Source: Candidatus Poribacteria bacterium
Lineage (GTDB): Bacteria; Poribacteria; WGA-4E; WGA-3G
Reading direction: 5' to 3'
Assembly (NCBI GenBank): GCA_965214095.1
Contig: OZ243938.1
Coordinates: 1,088,001 to 1,152,000 of the forward strand
DNA: 64,000 nt
Below the pieces are notes generated by a model. The model searched no databases. It was given only the letters and a program-made list of their open reading frames with translations, and was not told the DNA's origin. Both the position numbers and the translations under genes were made by a program. The number at the start of each line of letters is the position of its first letter. Position 1 is the first letter of the stretch. Below, in pieces: positions 9,051-20,360 of this stretch.

Positions 9051-12000
9051 ATGAATATTAATAACCTTAAACTTGTAGTATTCGTATTAGCAACCTTTTT
9101 GATGATTTTTAACTTCCACATTGAAACGGAAGCACAGAATGGAGAAAACACAGACACGATCCTTGCCGTAAGTGATCGGACCACAGCAGTGCAGGATGCA
9201 ATTGTCGCAGCAGTAGATGGTGTAACGGATGCTGCAAATGTAACAAATACACAACTTGCTGCTATCACAAGCCTGAACTTACGGAACAAAAGCATCACAG
9301 TTTTAAAATCTGGTGATTTTGATGGGATGACAGGACTGACAAGCCTAAATCTCTATGGCAACCAACTGAGCAGCCTGCCCAATGGTATCTTTGAAGGACT
9401 GACAGCGTTGACGACGTTGCGGTTAGGTGGCAACACCACCGACCCGATGCAAGTCGGCATATACGTTGAGCATATTGATGGTAATAATTACAAGGTGGTC
9501 GTACCGACAGGTGCGCCGTTTGCCATTACCGTTGCCCTTGAAATATCAGATGGCGTAAACCCCGAAGCGTTAGGGAATCAAACCGTGTCCAAAGGCAGTG
9601 TGGAAAGTGCATCTTTTACTGCAGCCTCTATAGTCGGTACAACTGTTGAAATCGGTGGCACTTTGCCATCGCTTCCAAGAAACCATTACGGTTATGAACT
9701 TGCCAAAATAGATCCACCAAGCGACGAAACAACTACAGAAGAAGTGTCCACACCTGAGAACAACCCGCCTGAGTTTACAGATGGAGAGACCACGACACGT
9801 TCCATTGCTGAGAACACAGCAGCAGCGACAAATATCGGTACTGCGATTGGTGCCACGGATTCGGATACGGATGATACGTTAACCTACACGCTTGGTGGTA
9901 CTGATGCGGCATCATTTGATATTGTTAGCACATCCGGCCAACTCCAAACCAAAGCAGCACTGGATTATGAAACGAAGAGCTCCTATACCGTCATAGTTAC
10001 AGTATCAGATAGCAATGGTGGTAGTGATACGATTACAGTCACGATTAATGTTACGGATGTAACTGAAGAGGTCGTAACAGAAACGGATGACGAAGAGGAG
10101 GAGGTTGAAAATAACGCACCGTCCTTTACTGATGGTACGATTACTTTGCGTTCCATCGCTGAGAACACTGCAGCGGATACAAACATTGGCACGGCAGTAG
10201 GTGCTACAGACGAGGATTCGGATGATACCTTAACCTATACGCTTGGTGGAAGAGATGCGGCATCGTTTGCGATTGAGTCTACGACAGGTCAACTGAAAAC
10301 CAAAGCTGCACTGGATTATGAGACAAAAAGTGTCTATCTCGTATCCATTACCGTCTCCGATACCTCTGATACCGATACAATTTCAGTAGTTATTAGTATT
10401 ATAGATGTAGCGGATACGACCATATCCACAGCGGCAGTTGGCGTGAGTGACCGCACACCCGAAGTGCGTGATGCTATCGTCGCTGCAGTGCCGAATGTAA
10501 CCGATGCAGCAAATGTAACAGATACACATCTCGCAGCGATTACCTCACTCAATCTTCGAAATAAAGGCATCACCGCCTTAAAGACAGGTGATTTTTCTGG
10601 ACTTACCAATCTTAGAACTCTGAACCTTTACGGCAACAGTTTGAGTGCACTACCCAATGGTATATTCAACGGATTAACCTCATTGACATCGCTTCGGTCA
10701 GGTGGCAACACCGTGAGTCCGATGCCGATTTTTGTGTCATTAGAGCAGGTAAGTAGCAATCAATATCGGGTCGTGATACCTGCAGGCGCACCCTTTGATG
10801 TTGCGGTGCCACTCCTCCTTACAGATGGCATTAGTCGTCCTGAAGAATTAGGAACATTAACAGTGTCAAAAGGTACTATCAGAAGTTCAACACAGACAGT
10901 GCCCGTTGTGAGCGGTGCATATATTGATATGGGAGCGTTACCCGCTTTACCAGCAAACCATTTCGGGTATACGCTTTCGAAATCCGCAACATGTAACGTG
11001 ACGAAAGCAGTTGCAGATGCGATTGCTGCCGCAGTACCGGGAGTAACAGACTGCCGAAATGTTAGTGAAGCACAACTCGCTGCGATCACCTCGTTGGATC
11101 TCAGTAGCGATTCCATCACTTCGTTGCAAAGCAATGATTTTGCCGGTCTGTTATCTCTTGCCACACTCAATCTTGAAAGCAACCAACTGAGCAGTTTCCC
11201 TGATGGCATCTTTGCAGATTTAACATCATTGACAACCTTGCAGCTAACAGGTAATACCGGTGCCCCTTTCTCGTTTGAAGTATCTTTAGAGAAGGTCGGT
11301 ACAAATCAGTTCAAGGCAGTGATGCCTATCGGTGCGCCGTTTGATGTTGTGTTGCCGATTAGTGTCACGAACGGTAGTGCAGCAGGCAGTGCCACCAGTA
11401 TTACAATCTCACAAGGCAGTGTGGAAAGCGGAACACTCACCGTTACAAGAACACTCAACACACTTGGCGCAGTTACCGTGGATATTGGCACGTTGCCGAG
11501 TATACCCACATCCCATAACGGTTATGCTTTGTCAAAGTCATCCGACTTGCCACTGACAATCTTTGAGGCAGTGAATGTCGCTCCCGTATTTACGGAAGGG
11601 ACATCTGCTACACGTTCCATCGCAGAAAACTCCGCACCCGGCACGAACATCGGCACACCAGTAGCTGCAACGGATGGAAATAGTACTGATACACTTGTCT
11701 ATTCATTGACTGGCACAGATGCATCTTCGTTCACAATTGTTGCTTCCACAGGACAACTTCAAACAAGAGCAGCACTGGACTTTGAAACAAAGGACTCATA
11801 TACGGTCATAGTCAATGTCACTGATAATAATCTGAGTGATACGATTACTGTTACTATTGATGTAACCGATATAGTTGAAAACGTAGCACCCGTGTTTACA
11901 GATGGTGCGTCAACTACGCGTTCTATTGCTGAAAACACGGTAGCCGGCACGAACATCGGCACACCAGTAGCTGCAACGGATGGAAATAGTACTGATACAC

Positions 12001-15000
12001 TTGTCTATTCATTGACTGGCACAGATGCATCTTCGTTCACAATTGTTGCTTCCACAGGACAACTTCAAACAAGAGCAGCACTGGACTTTGAAACAAAGGA
12101 CTCATATACGGTCATAGTCAATGTCACTGATAATAATCTGAGTGATACGATTACTGTTACTATTGATGTAACCGATATAGTTGAAAACGTAGCACCCGTG
12201 TTTACAGATGGTGCGTCAACTACGCGTTCTATTGCTGAAAACACGGTAGCCGGCACGAACATCGGCACACCAGTAGCTGCAACGGATGGAAATAGTACTG
12301 ATACACTTGTCTATTCATTGACTGGCACAGATGCATCTTCGTTCACAATTGTTGCTTCCACAGGACAACTTCAAACAAGAGCAGCACTGGACTTTGAAAC
12401 AAAGGACTCATATACGGTCATAGTCAATGTCACTGATAATAATCTGAGTGATACGATTACTGTTACTATTGATGTAACCGATGTAGTTGAAAACGTAGCA
12501 CCCGTGTTCACAGATGGCACGTCAACCACCCGTTCTATTGCTGAAAACACAGCAGCCGGCACGAATATCGGCACACCCGTTGAGGCAACTGATGCGAACG
12601 GTGATGACACCCTCACCTACACGTTGAGTGGCACGGATGCTGCTACATTTGATATTGTGAGCACAACCGGACAGCTGCAAACGAAAAATGCTCTGAATTA
12701 TGAGCAGAAGAACTCGTATTCAGTAACGGTCACCGTTTCTGATGGCGAAGGTGGCAGCGATAGCATTAACGTTACCATCAATGTGACCGATGTCAAAAAT
12801 GAAGGCACACAACAACAAGTTGAGAGAAACGTACCAGAAACACCAAGCAACAATGCACCTACCTTTACCGATGGTCTTAGCACAACGCGGTCTGTCGCTG
12901 AAAATACAGAAAGCGGTTCGAATATCGGTACGCCTGTTGCTGCGACGGATCAAGATCTTACGGATACGCTGACTTACACGTTGGGTGGCACCGATGCGTC
13001 TTCTTTCTCAATCGTTGGGACAACCGGACAACTCCGAACAAGTGCAGCGTTGGATTATGAAACGAAGAGTTCCTATACCGTGACGGTGAATGTTTCTGAT
13101 GATAATGGTGGGACAGATAGCATTGCCGTAACCATCAATGTGACAGATGTGGCAAATGAAAGCACAGAACAAACGCTAGTAACAACCAACAATGTCCCTT
13201 CATTCACGGATGGTGCAAGCACAACGCGTTCCATCGCAGAGAATACCGTCAGCGGCACCAATATCGGCGCACCCATCGCTGCGACAGATGCAGACACGTC
13301 TAACGAAATTCCGGATGTGCTGTCATACTCCTTAAGCGGTACAGATGCAGCTTCATTCTCAATTGATTCTGCATCAGGACAACTGCAAACCAGTGCAGCG
13401 TTGGATTTTGAAACAAAGGACTCCTACACCGTCACGGTGAGTGTTTCCGATGGTAAGGGAGGGACGGACAGCATCACTGTCACTATCAATGTAACCGATG
13501 TGAATGAAGATGCTGGACCAAACGTTGCCCCTGTTTTCACCGAAGGGGATAGCACGTATCGTTTAATTGAATCACAACCGGATGCAGGTGAAAATGTCGG
13601 TGATCCGATTACCGCTACCGATGCGAATAATGATACGTTGACGTATAGCCTGAGTGGTACACATGCCAATAGGTTCAACATTAATAGTGCAACAGGCCAG
13701 CTGTCAGTCAAAGTAGGCGGTGTTGGTTTCAGTTATTGGGATGACGCATTCAGAAAATCTACGGTGATAGTAACGGTATCAGATAGCAATGGAGGCACAG
13801 ATACGATTACCGTGAATGTTCATCTGATCAGTGCACACGGGAACCATGCGTATAACAACCATTCCCCTTTCTTCGCTGATGCGCATCTTGGTGTAACATA
13901 TCCTGAACCACTCTACACATTCATAGATATTACTGACAATGTGAGAGAGTTTGAAATTGCGGAGAATTCACATATAGGATCACTCGTTGCATCAATCTAT
14001 GTCGCAGATGAAGACATAAGTCATCAAAATAAGATGAGAAGTTCTATTAGTGGTCCAGATGCCGATCTGTTTACCGTTAACGATAGTGGTAGACTCGATA
14101 TAACGGCTATATTTATTGGTGGCCCCCTCGTTACATTTAGTATTACTGAGGTATATACAGATACAGCATTGGACTATGAAACGAAAGAAGACTATTCCAT
14201 AGTCTTGACAGTGACTGACCTTGAAGGTGCCACTGACACGCTTTCATTGAACATCAAGGTAACGGATGTGAATGAAGCTCCATCATTTTCGGATGGTTCG
14301 AGTGCAACGCGTTCTATCGCAGAGAACGTCAGCACAGGGACGAGTGTCGGCAGTGCGGTGAGCGCGACTGACCCGGAAGGTGAAGACTTGACGTATACGT
14401 TGAGTGGCACGGATGCCGCATCCTTTAGTATTAGTAGTACAACGGGGCAGTTGACGACGAGTTCCGCAATTGACTACGAAACGAAGCCATCGTATACGGT
14501 GACGGTCACCGCTTCGGACGGCACGAATTCAACCGATATCACGGTTACGATTCGTGTCACAGACTTAAACGAGGTCGTGACTCAGAATGCCCCTGTGTTC
14601 ACTAATGGTACGAGTACATCGCGTTCAGTCGCAGAAAATTCTGCATCAGGAACGAACATCGGCAGTGCAGTTTCTGCAACAGATGCGGATCCAGGCACCA
14701 CGTTAGCATACTCGCTCAGCGGTACGGATGCGTCATCCTTTGGCATTGTTGGCAGGACTGGGCAGCTGCTAACGAGTGCCGCACTTGACTATGAAACGAA
14801 AGCCTCATATTCAGTGACGATCACTGTATCGGATGGTAATCTCTCAGATACTATCGCGGTGACAATTAATGTTACGGATGCAAATGATGCACCAGAGTTT
14901 GATGAAGGCACAACAACGACCCGAACTGTTGGCGAAGAGGTCGTTATCGGCACAATTGTGGGGAATCCTGTTGATGCTGTTGATCAGGACAGAGATGTCC

Positions 15001-17825
15001 TGAATTATACGCTCAGTGGCACCGATGCTGCGTCATTTACGATCGATTCTTCCACAGGACAGTTGAGAACAGCTGTTGAACTTGACTTTGATACGAAGAG
15101 AACCTATTCGGTGGTCGTTACTGCCACTGATAATGAAACAGGGACAGATGCGGATACGGATACACCTCTTTCTGACACCATCACCGTGACAATCAATGTC
15201 GGCCAGTATTTCCCTGGGAGTCTGCTACCTGCATTCGATGAACTTGCAGATGACCTATTCGCTTCCATTACGCGTTCTATTGACGAAAACACGCCATCAG
15301 GTACAAATATCGGCTCACCTGTCAGTGCAACGGATCCGGACGCGGATGATGAACTGATTTACAGTTTGCCATCAGGACAACGGGATAACGGCTCTTTCAG
15401 TATTGTCAGTTCAACTGGGCAGCTACAAACCAGTGCTGCACTCAACCATGAAACGAAAGACTCTTATATTGTATTCATAAGGGTGACGGACGGTGCTAAC
15501 GCTGCCACTACGACAGCCACTATCAACATCAACGATATCAACGATGCGCCTGTCTTTACGGATGGCACAAGCATCACTCTAACTGTTGCAGAAAATACGG
15601 CGGCGGCAACAAACATCGGTTCTGCTATTGCTGCGACAGATGAGGATGAACCCGCGAACACGTTAACCTATACGTTGAGTGGCACGGATGCTGCTTCGTT
15701 TGATGTTGTCAGCACTTCTGGTCAGATACAGACAAAAGCGGACTTGGATTTTGAAACGAAGTTGTCTTATTCCGTAACGCTCTCCGTTTCTGATGGGAAT
15801 CAAGGCACAGACTCCATTGCGGTGACGATCAATGTGACGGACGTTACGGAGGTGGCAAACGAACCACCTGAATTCAGTGATGGTGCTACTGCCACGCGTT
15901 CCATTCCGGAAAATACTGCGTCTGGTAGTAACGTCGGTGCTGCCTTCACGGCGACTGATCCAGACAGTGGTGACACGGTGTCCTATTCGCTGAGTGGGAC
16001 GGATGCTGCTTCGTTTAGTGTGAATAGTTCAACCGGGCAGCTGACGACTGCTACAACTTTTGATTTTGAAACGAAGACATCTTATACCGTCATCATTACG
16101 GCATCTGATGGGAAGCCGAACAATGGCAAAGACACCATCACGGTGACCATTAACATTACCGATGTAACCGAGAACAACGACCCTGTGTTCACGGATGGTG
16201 AATCCGTTACCCGCTCCCTTGATGAGACAGCTTATACGGCAGATGTTCTGTCATTATCATGGGAAAATATTGGGGATCCGATCACTGCAACGGATGCGGA
16301 TAACGATACCATCACTTATGCTATTACCAATTCATCATCTCTTTTCCGAATTCAATCCAGTGGTCAGTTGCAGGGTATTGGTTTAGACCATGAAACTACA
16401 GCATCTCATACGCTAACGATCACAGCAACGGACACCAACAATGGAAGCGATTCCATCTCTGTGACGGTCACTGTGAACGATATCAATGAGATTCCGACTA
16501 TTTCATCAGATAATGAATCGACATTAAGTTTCAGTGCTGGGACTGCTGCCAGTACAAATTTAGGTTCCATTTATACTGCTTACGACTATGATGATAGCGA
16601 TACGCTTACCTTCTCGCTGGCAGGTACGAATGCCGATAAGTTCCAACTTAGCACAACGACAACGGCAACCTATGCCGGTTCGGACGGGTACGCGGTTCAA
16701 GCAACGGCGCAGCTCCAAAACAAAGCTGAGTTGACAGCCGGTGAATTTAGTGTTGTCATAGAGGCATCCGATACGGCTGGATTGAAAGCGACAACAGGTG
16801 TTACGATCAATGTTATTGGAGGACCGTTCCCTGCAGTCGCTGACCGCACTGCTGCTGTTAGAGATGCTATCGTTGCCGCTATTGATGGGGTGGATTCTGC
16901 AAGCGACATCACAGGTACCCACCTTGAAAGTATTACCGCGTTGGATCTTTCAAGTCAGTCAATTTCATCGCTGTCCGCTGGTGATTTTAATGGGATGAGT
17001 TCACTGACATCCCTCGACCTCAGTGACAATTTATTAGGAACCTCTCTTCCTGATGGTATCTTCAGTGGGTTATCCTTAAGCACCTTAGACCTTTCTGGCA
17101 ATACTGGAACGCCAGCAATTGTTTTGTCAATGGAAAGGGTTGCTGATAGCGATAGCGATATTAAAACTGCGGACGTTAGGGTGAAAGTGAACACAGCAGC
17201 ACCCTTTGATATGCAGGTTGATGTCCTAACACATGTGAAGTTATGTCTGTTCGGTTTTTGTGGTGAGTGGCTTATCGGAGTTCGTTCCCAGCAGCCTACT
17301 ATTTCAGCTGGAAGTATTTATAGTGACACATTTGTAATTGATACTGATGCAACAACTATATCAGTCTCTGTTATAGGGGTGAGTATTGATGCTACTACTT
17401 ATCCTTCATTACCCTCTGGCCATACAGGCTATGCGTTCAATAACAGTGACGATCAGCCGTTAGAGGTTCTGCCTGATGATGAAGGAACTGGTGCACCTTC
17501 GCTGCAAAGCAGTGCAGACTCGCAGCGACCGGAAACAACTGCACTGCTTCCGAACTTCCCAAACCCGTTCAATCCTGAAACGTGGATTCCTTATCAACTC
17601 AATAAACCGAGTGATGTTACTATCACGATCTACGATATTCAAGGCAATGTCGTGCGTCATTTAGATCTTGGTCAGAAACAAGCGGGATATTACACGGATC
17701 GGAGTCGTGCGGGGTATTGGGATGGTCGGAATGCTGTCGGTGAACGCGTGGCGAATGGTGTTTATTTCTATCAACTGAAGGCAGGGGACTATTCCTATCT
17801 GCGTAAGATGTTGATTGTGAAGTAG
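9051..17825 (+). CDS. Giant secreted adhesin (~2924 aa): four LRR modules, ~18 cadherin repeats, C-terminal FlgD-Ig/T9SS-like domain
   Basis: ATG 9051 after AGGAAAGGA, followed by a signal peptide (the ORF-track start 8865 runs through repeats). LRR pattern LTSLNLYGNQLSSLPNGIF; cadherin N.AP.F..SIAEN..ATD.D..Y.L.G.DA..F.I..GQL.T..LDYE; C-terminal LLPNFPNPFNPETWIPYQL..WDGRN..GVYFYQL. Confidence 0.9.
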   Translation: MNINNLKLVVFVLATFLMIFNFHIETEAQNGENTDTILAVSDRTTAVQDAIVAAVDGVTDAANVTNTQLAAITSLNLRNKSITVLKSGDFDGMTGLTSLNLYGNQLSSLPNGIFEGLTALTTLRLGGNTTDPMQVGIYVEHIDGNNYKVVVPTGAPFAITVALEISDGVNPEALGNQTVSKGSVESASFTAASIVGTTVEIGGTLPSLPRNHYGYELAKIDPPSDETTTEEVSTPENNPPEFTDGETTTRSIAENTAAATNIGTAIGATDSDTDDTLTYTLGGTDAASFDIVSTSGQLQTKAALDYETKSSYTVIVTVSDSNGGSDTITVTINVTDVTEEVVTETDDEEEEVENNAPSFTDGTITLRSIAENTAADTNIGTAVGATDEDSDDTLTYTLGGRDAASFAIESTTGQLKTKAALDYETKSVYLVSITVSDTSDTDTISVVISIIDVADTTISTAAVGVSDRTPEVRDAIVAAVPNVTDAANVTDTHLAAITSLNLRNKGITALKTGDFSGLTNLRTLNLYGNSLSALPNGIFNGLTSLTSLRSGGNTVSPMPIFVSLEQVSSNQYRVVIPAGAPFDVAVPLLLTDGISRPEELGTLTVSKGTIRSSTQTVPVVSGAYIDMGALPALPANHFGYTLSKSATCNVTKAVADAIAAAVPGVTDCRNVSEAQLAAITSLDLSSDSITSLQSNDFAGLLSLATLNLESNQLSSFPDGIFADLTSLTTLQLTGNTGAPFSFEVSLEKVGTNQFKAVMPIGAPFDVVLPISVTNGSAAGSATSITISQGSVESGTLTVTRTLNTLGAVTVDIGTLPSIPTSHNGYALSKSSDLPLTIFEAVNVAPVFTEGTSATRSIAENSAPGTNIGTPVAATDGNSTDTLVYSLTGTDASSFTIVASTGQLQTRAALDFETKDSYTVIVNVTDNNLSDTITVTIDVTDIVENVAPVFTDGASTTRSIAENTVAGTNIGTPVAATDGNSTDTLVYSLTGTDASSFTIVASTGQLQTRAALDFETKDSYTVIVNVTDNNLSDTITVTIDVTDIVENVAPVFTDGASTTRSIAENTVAGTNIGTPVAATDGNSTDTLVYSLTGTDASSFTIVASTGQLQTRAALDFETKDSYTVIVNVTDNNLSDTITVTIDVTDVVENVAPVFTDGTSTTRSIAENTAAGTNIGTPVEATDANGDDTLTYTLSGTDAATFDIVSTTGQLQTKNALNYEQKNSYSVTVTVSDGEGGSDSINVTINVTDVKNEGTQQQVERNVPETPSNNAPTFTDGLSTTRSVAENTESGSNIGTPVAATDQDLTDTLTYTLGGTDASSFSIVGTTGQLRTSAALDYETKSSYTVTVNVSDDNGGTDSIAVTINVTDVANESTEQTLVTTNNVPSFTDGASTTRSIAENTVSGTNIGAPIAATDADTSNEIPDVLSYSLSGTDAASFSIDSASGQLQTSAALDFETKDSYTVTVSVSDGKGGTDSITVTINVTDVNEDAGPNVAPVFTEGDSTYRLIESQPDAGENVGDPITATDANNDTLTYSLSGTHANRFNINSATGQLSVKVGGVGFSYWDDAFRKSTVIVTVSDSNGGTDTITVNVHLISAHGNHAYNNHSPFFADAHLGVTYPEPLYTFIDITDNVREFEIAENSHIGSLVASIYVADEDISHQNKMRSSISGPDADLFTVNDSGRLDITAIFIGGPLVTFSITEVYTDTALDYETKEDYSIVLTVTDLEGATDTLSLNIKVTDVNEAPSFSDGSSATRSIAENVSTGTSVGSAVSATDPEGEDLTYTLSGTDAASFSISSTTGQLTTSSAIDYETKPSYTVTVTASDGTNSTDITVTIRVTDLNEVVTQNAPVFTNGTSTSRSVAENSASGTNIGSAVSATDADPGTTLAYSLSGTDASSFGIVGRTGQLLTSAALDYETKASYSVTITVSDGNLSDTIAVTINVTDANDAPEFDEGTTTTRTVGEEVVIGTIVGNPVDAVDQDRDVLNYTLSGTDAASFTIDSSTGQLRTAVELDFDTKRTYSVVVTATDNETGTDADTDTPLSDTITVTINVGQYFPGSLLPAFDELADDLFASITRSIDENTPSGTNIGSPVSATDPDADDELIYSLPSGQRDNGSFSIVSSTGQLQTSAALNHETKDSYIVFIRVTDGANAATTTATININDINDAPVFTDGTSITLTVAENTAAATNIGSAIAATDEDEPANTLTYTLSGTDAASFDVVSTSGQIQTKADLDFETKLSYSVTLSVSDGNQGTDSIAVTINVTDVTEVANEPPEFSDGATATRSIPENTASGSNVGAAFTATDPDSGDTVSYSLSGTDAASFSVNSSTGQLTTATTFDFETKTSYTVIITASDGKPNNGKDTITVTINITDVTENNDPVFTDGESVTRSLDETAYTADVLSLSWENIGDPITATDADNDTITYAITNSSSLFRIQSSGQLQGIGLDHETTASHTLTITATDTNNGSDSISVTVTVNDINEIPTISSDNESTLSFSAGTAASTNLGSIYTAYDYDDSDTLTFSLAGTNADKFQLSTTTTATYAGSDGYAVQATAQLQNKAELTAGEFSVVIEASDTAGLKATTGVTINVIGGPFPAVADRTAAVRDAIVAAIDGVDSASDITGTHLESITALDLSSQSISSLSAGDFNGMSSLTSLDLSDNLLGTSLPDGIFSGLSLSTLDLSGNTGTPAIVLSMERVADSDSDIKTADVRVKVNTAAPFDMQVDVLTHVKLCLFGFCGEWLIGVRSQQPTISAGSIYSDTFVIDTDATTISVSVIGVSIDATTYPSLPSGHTGYAFNNSDDQPLEVLPDDEGTGAPSLQSSADSQRPETTALLPNFPNPFNPETWIPYQLNKPSDVTITIYDIQGNVVRHLDLGQKQAGYYTDRSRAGYWDGRNAVGERVANGVYFYQLKAGDYSYLRKMLIVK
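11638..12555 (+). repeat. Three near-identical 306-bp tandem copies encoding cadherin domains
   Basis: CCGGCACGAACATCGGCACACC starts at 11638, 11944 and 12250 (diverged continuation at 12556). Identical antisense ORFs sit 306 bp apart. Confidence 0.95.
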
Positions 17826-17850
17826 GTTATCGGCTATCAGTTTCGGTCTC

Positions 17851-17883
17851 GTAGGTTGGGTTATGTTCCTTAACTCAACCTAT
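17851..17883 (+). repeat. GTAG-led palindrome after the adhesin stop codon (REP; may also act as terminator)
   Basis: GTAGGTTGGGTTA-tgttcct-TAACTCAACCTAT. Further REP-like units at 17937, ~18036 and ~18089. Confidence 0.6.
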
Positions 17884-18132
17884 GGGTTCTAATTAGTGAA
17901 ATCCGAGAAATTCCATCTGAATACGGATCTGTCATTGTAGGAGGAAACTCCGATTCTCGATTTCTTTGGGGATTCACAATTTTAGAGGGTCATTCAAAAG
18001 AAATGTCTAGCTATAAATATGATTTAGGCATGCTGTCGGGGATAGAAAGCCCTCCAACAATGAGATGGATCAAAATCCTTCAATAAGATCGAGGTTAGAA
18101 ACCCGGTCTACAAAGTAAAAACGGAGAATCAG

Positions 18133-20025
18133 ATGAGATATATTTTAAATCAGAAAGTAATAGTGCTAAACTTCATTGTTTTATCTTTGTTTTTTGGAAT
18201 AGTCATGACAGGTTATGCTGATGACACAGAGACACCGCATTTTCATGATGAAACCACAACACTCACCGTTGAAGAAAATGCCGATTCCAACGTAAATATC
18301 GGTGCCCCTTTCACTGCACATAATGTAGGCGAAAACGACGAATATAGACTCAGCGGAACGGATGCAGATAATTTCAACCTTCACCCCGCAACAGGACAAC
18401 TTAAAACCAGTGCTTGGCTTGATTATGAAACCAAGACATCCTATTCCGTAACAGTTGAAATTCATCAAGCAAGCAACGAAATGGTATCAGCTGTACTTAA
18501 TGGTGTTACAGTGTCAACTTACAATTACACATTGAGAGATTCAATCGCTGTGACGATCAATGTAACCAATTTAGACTACGAATTCCTTCCCGGTGAGAAC
18601 GTTCGCTCCGTAGCAGAAAATTCGCCAGTCGGTACGAATGTTGGGAGTCAGATTGCACACGAGTTCGGATCTAATACGAATTATACCTTCGTCCTTGGTG
18701 GAACTGATGCATCTTCTTTCAAACTGCGACGTTTAACGATACCAAACGAACCAATTGCAAATATCTTTACCAATCAGATACAGACGAATGCTGCACTTGA
18801 TTATGAAACAAAAAACTCTTATGAGGTCACACTTAAACTGCAAACCTATACTGAGAAAATTCTCCCGACGGGTGCAGTTAAGCGGATCTTCACCGATAGG
18901 GACACGATCACAGTATCTATCAACGTAACGGATGCCAACGATGCTCCTGTGTTTACCAATGCCACCGCCACCCGATCCATCGCTGAAAACACTGTTGCAG
19001 ATACAGATATCGGTGCAGCTTTCACAGCTACGGATCAGGACGAAAATACACTTACCTACAGCCTTGGTGGGACAGATGCGTCTTCATTTGCGATTGGTTC
19101 AACAACAGGGCAGCTCAAAACGAAAGTAGCATTGGACTACGAGACGAAAGCAACCTATATGGTCAATGTGATTGCATCTGATGCAGATGATAGCGATAGT
19201 ATTTCTGTTACCATCAACGTAACGGACGTAGATGAGAATACTACATCGAGTGTGATGCCGTCTGAAGTTGACGCACCACCGAGTATTACCAGTGATGAAA
19301 TTGCACAAATCATTTCATTGCTATCTATGGACAAGGTGATATTCAACGAACTCTATAACGCATCTAATGACACACATGATTGGTTGGAGCTGCGAAATAT
19401 CAGTGATATAGAAGTGAACCTATCGGGATGGCAAATGAAAGTCAATACGGGTTTAGGTAGGGAAATTATCTCATTCCCCGATGGTACACTGCTTAGTTCT
19501 GGAGAGGTGTTATTGCTTGTCAACACAGCACCGAATTCCCCTGAGAGCCAATTGTCGGATCCGGGTGATGGTACTGTACGATACGTTGTAGATGCGAATT
19601 TCGATTTGCCGCAAACCGATTTTGCGTTGATCTTACAAGGTCTTGATGGTGGGTATGAAGACAGTGTCGGTAATTACTTTCCTAACCGGGAAATGAAACC
19701 CGCGACTGCACCGCTACTCACTGCAAATGTTGCATGGACCCGTGCCAAACCTGCTGTGATCGGATACCAAGCAGAAGCATGGGTTGAGAGTGGCTACAGA
19801 GATGGACTGGGTTATGATGAAGGTGCACCTGAATCAACAAGTCTCGGCACTCCTGGCCATCGGTTAATTCTAAGCACTGACCTTGATGGTAATGGTGTTA
19901 TCAACATTCTGGATTTGGTGTTGGTAGCATCTAAGTTCGGTGCCACAAACGCACCTGAAGCCGACCTCAATGCTGACGGTGTCGTGAATATCCGTGACCT
20001 TGAAATAGTTGCGAATAGTTTTTGA
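18133..20025 (+). CDS. Secreted protein: three cadherin domains, lamin-tail-like domain, C-terminal dockerin type I
   Basis: Signal peptide; LDYETK x3; VIFNELYN..DWLELRN; DLDGNGVINILDLVLVA and DLNADGVVNIRDL; GGAG RBS. Confidence 0.85.
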   Translation: MRYILNQKVIVLNFIVLSLFFGIVMTGYADDTETPHFHDETTTLTVEENADSNVNIGAPFTAHNVGENDEYRLSGTDADNFNLHPATGQLKTSAWLDYETKTSYSVTVEIHQASNEMVSAVLNGVTVSTYNYTLRDSIAVTINVTNLDYEFLPGENVRSVAENSPVGTNVGSQIAHEFGSNTNYTFVLGGTDASSFKLRRLTIPNEPIANIFTNQIQTNAALDYETKNSYEVTLKLQTYTEKILPTGAVKRIFTDRDTITVSINVTDANDAPVFTNATATRSIAENTVADTDIGAAFTATDQDENTLTYSLGGTDASSFAIGSTTGQLKTKVALDYETKATYMVNVIASDADDSDSISVTINVTDVDENTTSSVMPSEVDAPPSITSDEIAQIISLLSMDKVIFNELYNASNDTHDWLELRNISDIEVNLSGWQMKVNTGLGREIISFPDGTLLSSGEVLLLVNTAPNSPESQLSDPGDGTVRYVVDANFDLPQTDFALILQGLDGGYEDSVGNYFPNREMKPATAPLLTANVAWTRAKPAVIGYQAEAWVESGYRDGLGYDEGAPESTSLGTPGHRLILSTDLDGNGVINILDLVLVASKFGATNAPEADLNADGVVNIRDLEIVANSF

Positions 20026-20275
20026 ATCTTGAACTGCATCACTTAGCGAAACAGAACGATGTGCAGTCATCTGGTAATTAAGAGCATAAAGGTCTCGCCT
20101 TGGCGGAGGCGTGTGCAAATATCCGCTAATACGTTCACTATACGTCCTGCGCGGAGACGTTAAACCTGCACATTTACAATAGGAGGGATAAATTAAAAAA
20201 GGACTCATGGAAATTGATTACCTTTTCCGAACCGGATCCTACGCGAGAACCTCTATGAAGGTATTTGGCACAAAG

Positions 20276-20350
20276 CCGGTTCGGTTAGGAAACCGAACCT
20301 ACCGGTCTTGGTGAATTTCAGACTATCGCGGTTTCAAACCGCTCCAACAA
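20276..20350 (-). repeat. REP pair directly upstream of the RBS of 20361
   Basis: GGTTCGGTTAGGAAACCGAACCTAC and CGCGGTTTCAAACCGCTCCAACAA, the latter abutting GGAG. Confidence 0.7.
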
Positions 20351-20360
20351 GGAGAGAATC

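Noticed and set aside
11638-12555. Long direct repeats as a CRISPR array or mobile element
   Set aside because: They are 306-bp in-frame cadherin-coding units with no spacers.
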